A DNA stretch of 64,000 nucleotides from the sequence record NZ_CP020440.2, one strand, 5' to 3'. The notes beneath the pieces were generated by a model. The model was not told the origin of the DNA. It did not search any database and was given only the letters and a program-made list of their open reading frames with translations. Each line of letters starts with the position of its first letter. Positions within the stretch are counted from its first letter, which is position 1. A program made the position numbers and the translations under genes. The stretch is from a plasmid. This document shows, piece after piece, positions 57,098 through 64,000 of this stretch.

Positions 57098-57160
57098 GCA
57101 AATCGTTTTGCTATTGGCTTTGCTAGCATGCCCGCCGATTCGTGCAAAACGTTTTGTTGC
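57098..57160. promoter_or_regulatory. Two LacI/PurR-type operator palindromes in the permease/LacI divergent promoter region
   Basis: GCAAATCGTTTTGC at about 57098-57111 (12/14 palindromic). TGCAAAACGTTTTG at about 57143-57156, with a perfect CAAAACGTTTTG core. Both are CG-centred, like the PurR box. Confidence 0.55.
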
Positions 57161-57212
57161 CTCTGGTCGGCAGACTGCTACCCTGCTGCACGGAAATCGG
57201 TCACGAGGACGC

Positions 57213-58217
57213 ATGAGCAAGCCCACCATCTCGGACCTGGCCAGGGCGGCGGGGGTTTCGGTCACCACGGTCTCGCATGCCTTCAGCGGCCGGCGGCATG
57301 TCGACCCGGACACGCGCCGGCGCATCCAGGACCTTGCGGCCCAGATGGGTTATCACCCCAGCAGCATGGCGCGGGCGCTGCGCAGCGGGCGGACGGGGAC
57401 CATCGCGCTGGCGTCCTCGATGCCGTTCGCGGTCGCGGCCGGGCCGTCGCGGCTGGGCTTTCTGATGGAGATCGCCGCCTCGGCCGCCATGTCGGCGCTC
57501 AGCCGCGACCTGGCCCTGTGCCTGATCCCGCCGCATCCGACCGCCCAGGCCAGCAGCGCGGCCGGCTTCGACGGGGTGATCCTGGTCGAGCCGATGCGCG
57601 ACGATCCCATGGTCGCGCATTTCGAGGCGCGCAACACGCCCATCGTCTCGATCGGGACGGTGCCGGGGCGGCCGGACATCCCCTCGGTCGATATCCGCTC
57701 GGCCGAGACGGCGACGCTGCTGCTGGCGCATCTGGCGGACCAGGGCTGCCGCCACATCGCGGCACTGATCGGCACCAGCCCCCGCACCAGCCAGATCGAG
57801 GGCGAGGCGGCCTATCGCGCCTTCGTCGCCGACCATGCGCTGCCCGCGACGCTGGACCATCTCGACGAAGCCGGGGGCGAGGAGGCCGGCTATCGCGCCA
57901 CCCTGCGCCTGCTCGGGGCCGAACCCGGCATCGACGGCATCTTTGCCGCCATCGACGCCTTTGCCAGCGGGGCGGTGCGCGCCGCCCATGACCTTGGTCG
58001 CGAGATCCCGGCGCAGCTGCGCATCGTGACGCGCTATGACGGGCTGCGCGCCAAGCTGTCGCAACCGCCCCTGACGGCGGTCGACCTGCACCTGCCGGCG
58101 GTGGCGGAGCAGGCCGTGCAACTGCTGCTGTCCCGCATCGAAGGCGCCGGCGGCCGGGCCCTGGCGGAGGTGCCGGAGCTGGTTCCGCGCAGATCCTCGA
58201 CGGCGTCCGCAGGCTAG
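57213..58217 (+). CDS. LacI-family transcriptional regulator (PurR-like)
   Basis: Start MSKPTISDLARAAGVSVTTVSHAFSG (LacI HTH) after a GAGGA RBS. Periplasmic-binding-protein-like effector domain. Confidence 0.88.
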   Translation: MSKPTISDLARAAGVSVTTVSHAFSGRRHVDPDTRRRIQDLAAQMGYHPSSMARALRSGRTGTIALASSMPFAVAAGPSRLGFLMEIAASAAMSALSRDLALCLIPPHPTAQASSAAGFDGVILVEPMRDDPMVAHFEARNTPIVSIGTVPGRPDIPSVDIRSAETATLLLAHLADQGCRHIAALIGTSPRTSQIEGEAAYRAFVADHALPATLDHLDEAGGEEAGYRATLRLLGAEPGIDGIFAAIDAFASGAVRAAHDLGREIPAQLRIVTRYDGLRAKLSQPPLTAVDLHLPAVAEQAVQLLLSRIEGAGGRALAEVPELVPRRSSTASAG

Positions 58218-58268
58218 GCGCGCTGCCGAGTCAGCCGCCGGTCGTCCGGCCTGCGGGACGACGCGGCA

Positions 58269-58973
58269 TCATGTCCGGGCAGGCTGCACCATGCCGGCCG
58301 TGCCAAAGGCGACCGCCGTATCGAGCAGCCCCGCCATCGGATCGGCGTCCTCTTCCTTGACCAGTTCGTTTAGGCGGCTGGCGCCCGAAAAGGCATAGAG
58401 ATAGGCGCCGATCAGCAACGACATGCGCTGGTAGATCTCGCGCGTCGTCAGTTCGGGCAGCAATGCTGCGAAGGCATCGGCATAGGCGCGGGTCGGCTCG
58501 TTATGGACCAGCCGGCGCAGTTCATAGGACAGTTCCTCGGGCTCCATGTGCAGCCTGGCATGCAGGCGCAGGAACGCGCGCCCCTGCGGGTCGTCGAACA
58601 GCGCCGCGGCGGGCGCGATGAAGGCGCGCACCAGGTCCTCGACCGTATGCGGACCGGCTGTCTGAAGCTGCTGCAACCGCTCCATCCGCTGGCGCGAGAT
58701 GGAAAACCCCCGCCGGGTGAAGACGGCGCGAAACAGGTTGTCCTTGCTCTGGAAGTAATAGGCGATCATCGCCGGGGTCACCGCCAGCCGCTCGGCAACC
58801 TGGCGCAAGGTGGTGCCGGCATAGCCGCTTTCGGCGAACAGGACCTCGGCGGCGTCAAGGATGTTGTCGGCCAGGTTCGTCTGCCCCTCGGGCCTGCCGG
58901 GACGGCGAATCCTGCCGCCGCGCGGACGGGCGGGCAGGGCGGCTTCGGCCATCCGATCTTGCGGCGCGCTCAT
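58269..58973 (-). CDS. TetR-family transcriptional regulator
   Basis: HTH (ILDAAEVLFAESGYAGTTLRQVAERLAVTPAMIAYYFQSKDNLF); 234 aa with an Arg/Pro-rich N-terminal extension. Confidence 0.88.
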   Translation of the reverse strand: MSAPQDRMAEAALPARPRGGRIRRPGRPEGQTNLADNILDAAEVLFAESGYAGTTLRQVAERLAVTPAMIAYYFQSKDNLFRAVFTRRGFSISRQRMERLQQLQTAGPHTVEDLVRAFIAPAAALFDDPQGRAFLRLHARLHMEPEELSYELRRLVHNEPTRAYADAFAALLPELTTREIYQRMSLLIGAYLYAFSGASRLNELVKEEDADPMAGLLDTAVAFGTAGMVQPART

Positions 58974-59118
58974 GTCGCGGCTCTGCTGGGCAACGGCGCG
59001 CGGGCCCGCGACGGGCGGGGCAGGGCGCTGCGGAATGTCTTGTAAAACTGCATGCTTATCCGAATTCGTGATTGCTTTTCCGCCTCATCCTAGCCCCGAA
59101 ACCAGGCAGAGGGAAAAA

Positions 59119-59145
59119 TATTAATTACATGCTTGATTAATTAAT
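59119..59145. promoter_or_regulatory. AT-rich inverted repeat (ATTAATTA-N8-TAATTAAT), candidate TetR operator in the TetR/ABC divergent region
   Basis: aaaaatattaattacatgcttgattaattaatggg is a strongly AT-rich palindrome, unique in this GC-rich intergenic region. Confidence 0.5.
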
Positions 59146-59201
59146 GGGTGGCGCTACTCTGGGTTCAATAACAAAGACCAACCGCCAACAGGGTTTACAC
59201 C

Positions 59202-60218
59202 ATGATCAACGCCTTTCGCTGCGGCATGCTTGCCGCTGTCCTGACGTCTGTTGCCTTGCCCACTTGGGCAGAGAGCCTGCCCGAGGTGACGATGCAAGCC
59301 GTGGCCGGCAGCATCGGCGGCGTCCCGATGATGATCATCGAGGGTGAGAAACTGGACGAGAAGTACGGCTTCGACGGGACGTTCGAATATCTGCCCAGCG
59401 ACGGGCTGTTCCAGAACTTCCTGATCGGCAATGCCGACGTCTCGATGGACAACGACATGCTGGGCGTGGCGATCGCGCGGGCCGAGGGATTCGACGTCTC
59501 GGCTTTCTATCCGGTGGGGAACCTGTATCTGGGCATCATCGTGCCCGGTTCGTCCACGGCCAAGACGCCCGAGGACCTGAAGGGGCACAAGGTCGGCCAT
59601 TTCGGCGCGGAATCCGGCACCACGTCCTTCATCAGGCTGATCGTGCAGGAAATGTACGGCTTCGACGTCCTCAAGGAATACCAGATGTCGCAGGTCGGGC
59701 CGGGTGCGCTTGTGCCGCTGCTGGCCGAGGGCGAGGTCGACGCGATCTTCAACTTCGAGGGCTTTGCCTCGGAGGCGATGGTCGCAACCGACGGGCGCTA
59801 TCTGCTGCAGGCCCATGCCGACTACGCCAAGTTCAACGGCGGGTTTTCGCCTTGGATCACCAACATGGCCGCCCACGGCGATTGGCTGCGTGACAATCCG
59901 GCGCTCGCCTATGCCGTTCGCGATGCCTATGACGAGGCGATCCGCCTGCTCGAGAGCAGCAATTACGACATCCTGAAAAAGCCCTATATCGCCGAAAAGC
60001 TGGGCATCAGCAGCGAGGCGGTACTGGACAAGGTCATCGAGAACGGCCGCACCTACGGCTATTTCTCGAACGACTGGTCCCCCGAGAAGCGCGCCGCGGC
60101 CGCAGCCTTCCTGGACAAGCTGGCGCAGGACGGCTCGGTCATCCAGAGCGTGCCGGAAGGAACGCTGGTCGCGCTGGAAGACGCGATCGGTCCCCGCCCG
60201 GAAGGCAAGGCGCAATGA
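59202..60218 (+). CDS. NitT/TauT-family ABC transporter substrate-binding protein (NMT1/SsuA-like)
   Basis: 338 aa with a signal peptide (MINAFRCGMLAAVLTSVALPTWA). Confidence 0.8.
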   Translation: MINAFRCGMLAAVLTSVALPTWAESLPEVTMQAVAGSIGGVPMMIIEGEKLDEKYGFDGTFEYLPSDGLFQNFLIGNADVSMDNDMLGVAIARAEGFDVSAFYPVGNLYLGIIVPGSSTAKTPEDLKGHKVGHFGAESGTTSFIRLIVQEMYGFDVLKEYQMSQVGPGALVPLLAEGEVDAIFNFEGFASEAMVATDGRYLLQAHADYAKFNGGFSPWITNMAAHGDWLRDNPALAYAVRDAYDEAIRLLESSNYDILKKPYIAEKLGISSEAVLDKVIENGRTYGYFSNDWSPEKRAAAAAFLDKLAQDGSVIQSVPEGTLVALEDAIGPRPEGKAQ

Positions 60219-60958
60219 GCGGGCTGGCAAGAACGGCCTGGGCCGGGCTGGCGCTGGCCCTGCTGATCCCCGCCTGGCATCTGGCAGCGGCCGGCACGAC
60301 CTTCATCGAAAGCCCCTCGGTGGTGCTGAAGGCACTGCCGCATTTCCTGGGCAGCGCCGACACCTGGAGCAATATCGGCATTACCCTGGCGCGCGTCCTG
60401 GCCGGGCTGGTGCTTGGTATCGTCGCGGGCTTCATCGCGGCCCTGGTGATGAGCCGCTCGCCCTTCATGGGCGAGGTGCTGGGCTATTACGTCACCGCCG
60501 CCCTGCGCACGCCAAGCGCCATCGCGGCGATCCTGGCCCTGGCGATCTTCAAGGGCTCCGAGGCGGGCTATGTCCTGGTCGTCGCCTTCATCACCTTCCC
60601 CTATATGGCGGTCGGCATGCGCGACGGTCTGAACAGCGCCGACCGCGAACTGGACCAGATGGCGGCGATCTATCACCTGAACCTGGCGAACCGCATCCGC
60701 CACGTCTGGGCCCCCTTCGTCGCGCCCTACATCTTTTCCGCGCTGCGCAATGCCCATGCCCTGGCCTGGAAGGTGATCGTCGTCGCCGAGATCTTCGGCG
60801 CGGCCCGCAAGGGCTTTGGCGCCAAGTTCGAACATGCCTGGGAATACATGCTGATGACCGAGGTCCACCTTTGGCTGCTGGTCTTCATGGCCATCGTGCT
60901 GGTCGCCGAATACGGCCTGATCCGCAATATCGAGAAATACACGTTCCGCTGGCGCTAG
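60215..60958 (+). CDS. NitT/TauT-family ABC transporter permease
   Basis: 247 aa polytopic protein; overlaps the binding-protein gene by 4 nt. Confidence 0.82.
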   Translation: MSGLARTAWAGLALALLIPAWHLAAAGTTFIESPSVVLKALPHFLGSADTWSNIGITLARVLAGLVLGIVAGFIAALVMSRSPFMGEVLGYYVTAALRTPSAIAAILALAIFKGSEAGYVLVVAFITFPYMAVGMRDGLNSADRELDQMAAIYHLNLANRIRHVWAPFVAPYIFSALRNAHALAWKVIVVAEIFGAARKGFGAKFEHAWEYMLMTEVHLWLLVFMAIVLVAEYGLIRNIEKYTFRWR

Positions 60959-60990
60959 GCGCCGTACCGAACCTGCAAAGCGAGAATCCC

Positions 60991-61788
60991 ATGACCACCG
61001 ACACCCGTCCCTCTGTGCTCAGGGTCGAAGACCTGGGCGTGTCCTATGGCAGCTACGAGGCCGTCAATCGTCTGGACTTTGACATCCGCCGCGGCGAATT
61101 CGTGGCCATCCTCGGCCCTTCGGGCTGCGGCAAATCCTCGATGCTGAACGTGATTTCGGGGCTGAACCCGCCCAGCCGGGGCACCGTCCATGTCGAGGAC
61201 CAGCCGCTGTTCACTGCGAAATCCAAGGCGCCGCGGCTGGGCTATGTGTTCCAGTCCCACCGCCTGCTGCCCTGGCGCAGCGTCAGGAAGAACCTCGAGA
61301 TCGCGCTGGCGGCCTCATCCGTGCCGCAGCACGAATGGGAGACCCGGATCGACGAGATCCTGTCCATCCTGCACATCGCGCAGTTCAAGGACGCCTGGCC
61401 GATGCGCCTGTCCGGCGGCCAGCGCCAAAGGGTGTCCATCGCCCGGGCGCTGATCGTGAACCCGTCCTACATCCTGATGGACGAGCCCCTGTCGACGCTG
61501 GACGAGGTGACGGCCCGTTCGCTGCGGCAGGAACTGACGGGCATCTGCCAGCGCACCAACGCGACCGTGGTGTTCGTCACCCATTCGATCCGCGAGGCCG
61601 TCTATCTGGCCGACCGGATCCTGATCCTGACCCGAGGCCCGGCCCGCGTGCACGAGGATTACATCGTGCCCCTGGACCGCCCCCGCGACTATGACGACCC
61701 GCGCATCTCGGAAATCGAAAGCGACATCATCCGTCGCGTGCAGGCCCCTTGGGGGCTTGCCCGGACCGAGGAGCGGGCGGTTGCATAA
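60991..61788 (+). CDS. NitT/TauT-family ABC transporter ATP-binding protein
   Basis: Start MTTDTRPSVLRVEDLGV. Walker A (GPSGCGKSS), signature (LSGGQRQRVSIARAL) and Walker B (ILMDEP). Confidence 0.88.
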   Translation: MTTDTRPSVLRVEDLGVSYGSYEAVNRLDFDIRRGEFVAILGPSGCGKSSMLNVISGLNPPSRGTVHVEDQPLFTAKSKAPRLGYVFQSHRLLPWRSVRKNLEIALAASSVPQHEWETRIDEILSILHIAQFKDAWPMRLSGGQRQRVSIARALIVNPSYILMDEPLSTLDEVTARSLRQELTGICQRTNATVVFVTHSIREAVYLADRILILTRGPARVHEDYIVPLDRPRDYDDPRISEIESDIIRRVQAPWGLARTEERAVA

Positions 61789-61825
61789 CGTGGAGATCGG
61801 CAAGCAACCCGCCCCTCCTCCGCTG

Positions 61826-62587
61826 ATGCGCGCGCTTGCCAGCCTGCCCGCCGGGCGGCTGGGGGCCGGGGTCGTCGCGGTCGGTTCCATGCTGCTGATC
61901 TGGCATGTCATGTCGCTGTATTTCCGGCCATGGGTGCCGGATATCGGTGCGACGCTGACAGCCATCGGCCAGCAGCTGCAATCGCCCGGCTTCTGGGACA
62001 ACTTCGTCCTGACGCTGGGCCGGGTGCTGACGGCCTTTGTCGCGGCCTCGGTCGTCGGCGCGGCGATCGGGCTGCTGATCGGCCTGAACGAACGGGCCGA
62101 GGCCTTTTTCCAGCCGCTTCTGGCGTTGGCTTTGGCGGTGCCCGACCCGGTCTATATCATCTTCGCGATCTTGGCCCTGGGCACGGGCGAGACGGCGGGC
62201 TTTGTCGCCCTGACCATCGCGGTGGTACCCTTTGTCACCAACATCGTGCGCTCGAACGTCCATGCCCGCGACCGGGCGCTGGACGAAATGGCGCAGATCT
62301 ATCACCTGCCTCGCCCGGTCCGGCTGATGGCGGTGCTGGTGCCGCAACTGGTCCCCGCGCTGCTGACGGCGATGCGCTTTTCCTTTGCGCTGTCGTGGAA
62401 GCTGGTCGTCGTGGTCGAGGCCATCGGCCAGCCCAACGGCATCGGCTCGGCCATCTTCCACAGCTTCCGGCAGTTGCGGATGCGCGAGGTCGCGGCCATC
62501 GCAATCATCTTCATCATCACCATGCAGCTTCTGGAACGTGGCGTGCTGGGCCGGATCGAGAAACGGCTTTTGCGCTGGCGGGACTAG
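61826..62587 (+). CDS. NitT/TauT-family ABC transporter permease (second). A GTG start at 61790 is also possible.
   Basis: Polytopic permease (MRALASLPAGRLGAGVVAVGSMLLIWHV...). Confidence 0.75.
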   Translation: MRALASLPAGRLGAGVVAVGSMLLIWHVMSLYFRPWVPDIGATLTAIGQQLQSPGFWDNFVLTLGRVLTAFVAASVVGAAIGLLIGLNERAEAFFQPLLALALAVPDPVYIIFAILALGTGETAGFVALTIAVVPFVTNIVRSNVHARDRALDEMAQIYHLPRPVRLMAVLVPQLVPALLTAMRFSFALSWKLVVVVEAIGQPNGIGSAIFHSFRQLRMREVAAIAIIFIITMQLLERGVLGRIEKRLLRWRD

Positions 62588-62621
62588 GCCGCGCCTTATT
62601 GGAACGACAAGGAACGACACC

Positions 62622-63815
62622 ATGAAAATCGGCATCATCGGCGGTGGCATCGGCGGCACCGCAACGGCCAGGGCCCTGCTGAACAAGGGCTTCGACGTCA
62701 CCATCTTCGAACAGGCCCCAGCCTTTGGCGAGGTGGGCGCGGGCGTCCAGATCACCCCCAACGCGGTCAAGGCGATCATGGGGTTGGGGCTGGAGCAGGC
62801 GCTGTTCAAGGCCGCCTTCTATCCACAGGCGGTGGTCGGTCGCCACTGGCAGTCGGGGCGGCAGAACTTTCGCATCGACCTTGGCTCTGAATTCCGTACG
62901 CATTACCGCGCGCCGTTCATCCATATCCATCGTGCGGACCTGCTGGATATCTTCACCGCGGGCCTGCCGCCGGAAATCTGCCGCTTCACCATGCGCTGCA
63001 CGGGCGTCACGCAGACCGAAGGCGGGGCGCGGGCCGAGTTCGCGGATGGCAGTCATTTCGACGCCGACCTGATCATCGGCGCGGACGGCGTGCGGTCCGT
63101 TGTGCGCCAGACCGTCTTTGGCGCAGGCGACCTGCGCTGGACCGGCCATCAATGCTATCGTGCCCTGGTGCCGACCGGAGGGGTGGTGGATCATACCGCG
63201 CCGGTCAGCGCCTTCTGGATGGGACCCAAGGCCCATGTCGTGACCTATTACGTCAAGGGCGGCGATGCGGTGAACATCGTCGCCGTGACCGAGGCCCCCG
63301 AATGGGTGGAGGAAAGCTGGAGCACCCGCGCCTCGCGCGATGAGATGCTGGCGGATTTCGACGGCTGGCATCCCGACTTGCAGCGGCTGTTCGCCGGCGT
63401 CACCGATGTGTTCAACTGGGGCCTGTTCGACCGCGACCCGATGGATGGCTGGAACAAGGGCGCCGTCACGCTGCTGGGCGACGCCTGCCATCCGATGCTG
63501 CCGTTCCTGTCGCAGGGCGCGGCCATGGCCATCGAGGATGCCTATGTCCTGGCCGAGGCCCTGGCGCTGCATCCGGGTAGTCTGGGCATGGCCCTGTCGG
63601 CCTATCAGGACGAACGCCTGCCCCGCACCGCCCGCGTACAGCTTGAGGCGCGCGAGCGGGGCCGCACCTACCACCTGCCGACCGAGGAGGAGATGGCCGC
63701 ACGGGACGCGGAATACGCCCGCCGCGCGATCGAGGATCCGCGCACCACGGGCATCAACACCGATTGGGTCTATGACTATGATCCGCGTGCCTTTGCCGCG
63801 CGCCTTGCGGCCTGA
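62622..63815 (+). CDS. FAD-dependent aromatic-ring monooxygenase (salicylate/3-hydroxybenzoate hydroxylase-like)
   Basis: Start MKIGIIGGGIGGTATARAL (GxGxxG) after an AAGGAA RBS. DG motif (LIIGADGVRSVVR). C-terminal GD(A)CH motif (VTLLGDACHPMLPFLSQGAAMAIEDA). Confidence 0.88.
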   Translation: MKIGIIGGGIGGTATARALLNKGFDVTIFEQAPAFGEVGAGVQITPNAVKAIMGLGLEQALFKAAFYPQAVVGRHWQSGRQNFRIDLGSEFRTHYRAPFIHIHRADLLDIFTAGLPPEICRFTMRCTGVTQTEGGARAEFADGSHFDADLIIGADGVRSVVRQTVFGAGDLRWTGHQCYRALVPTGGVVDHTAPVSAFWMGPKAHVVTYYVKGGDAVNIVAVTEAPEWVEESWSTRASRDEMLADFDGWHPDLQRLFAGVTDVFNWGLFDRDPMDGWNKGAVTLLGDACHPMLPFLSQGAAMAIEDAYVLAEALALHPGSLGMALSAYQDERLPRTARVQLEARERGRTYHLPTEEEMAARDAEYARRAIEDPRTTGINTDWVYDYDPRAFAARLAA

Positions 63816-63823
63816 CAAGGCCC

Positions 63824-63868
63824 CGGCCTGCCGTGTGGCGGGCCGGACATATTTATTCTATTGAATAA
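63824..63868 (+). terminator. Candidate terminator hairpin followed by an AT-rich palindrome (TTATTC-tatt-GAATAA)
   Basis: ccggcctgccgtgtggcgggccgg is an imperfect GC stem, followed by ACATATTTATTCTATTGAATAATAAT. Confidence 0.4.
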
Positions 63869-64000
63869 TAATATCGCTCCAGCTTGAGGTCAAAGGCCCC
63901 GCGTGTCACCTTGGCGGCGACGGAAACCCAAGGACAGGCAGGAACCAGGTGGCAGAGCGACGCAAGCCGGGGCGGCCCCGTGAAGGGGTGGATCTGCGCG

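Noticed and set aside
1-64000. Search for mobile elements, CRISPR arrays, rRNA and tRNA genes
   Set aside because: No transposase, integrase or recombinase ORF, no regularly spaced direct repeats, and no intergenic segment with tRNA- or rRNA-like length and composition were seen. The only repeats are the 18-bp tandem duplication and short palindromes.

Overview
This 64-kb window is high-GC (about 67%) alphaproteobacterial chromosome, most likely from a Paracoccus-like member of the Rhodobacteraceae. The gene order of its nitrate assimilation cluster matches the Paracoccus denitrificans arrangement nasT-nasS-nasA-nasB-nasG-nasH-nasC. Nearly the whole window is coding. Genes in coordinate order:

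- the 3' end of an HWE-type hybrid histidine kinase
- a Hint-domain protein
- a convergent fba/fbp pair (class II aldolase and class 1 FBPase) next to dctA
- a LysR regulator and a LuxR-type solo regulator with an uncharacterised N-terminal domain
- an unusual AT-rich island carrying an orphan 65-aa Cys-rich ORF with its own promoter and terminator
- an RND efflux pair (membrane fusion protein + AcrB-like pump)
- the complete nasTSABGHC cluster on the minus strand, with a 276-nt leader
- mprF, an HPP-CBS membrane protein, and a GAF sensor kinase with a NarL-type regulator
- a sugar ABC transporter with gluconolactonase, SDR and glyoxalase I
- a PhnCDE-like ABC transporter
- a 1.4-kb gene-decay scar (TctC pseudogene, TctB fragment fused to a peptide-ABC ATPase fragment)
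- a 2-hydroxyacid dehydrogenase and a GNAT acetyltransferase carrying an 18-bp tandem duplication
- the complete taurine cluster pta-tauZ-xsc-tauYX-tauCBA with a divergent tauR that appears frameshifted in a G-rich tract
- an aldo/keto reductase
- a LacI/PurR-like regulated purine operon (NCS2 permease, amidohydrolase, TSUP)
- a TetR-regulated NitT/TauT-type ABC transporter and an FAD monooxygenase

I saw no rRNA, tRNA, CRISPR array, transposase or integrase. All assignments rest on the translated ORF track, gene order and motifs visible in the sequence; no database search was run.

The features most likely to be undescribed are the self-contained Cys-rich ORF unit, the LuxR solo regulator and the Hint protein. 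The HPP-CBS/two-component module beside the nas cluster and the gene-decay scar also deserve a look.
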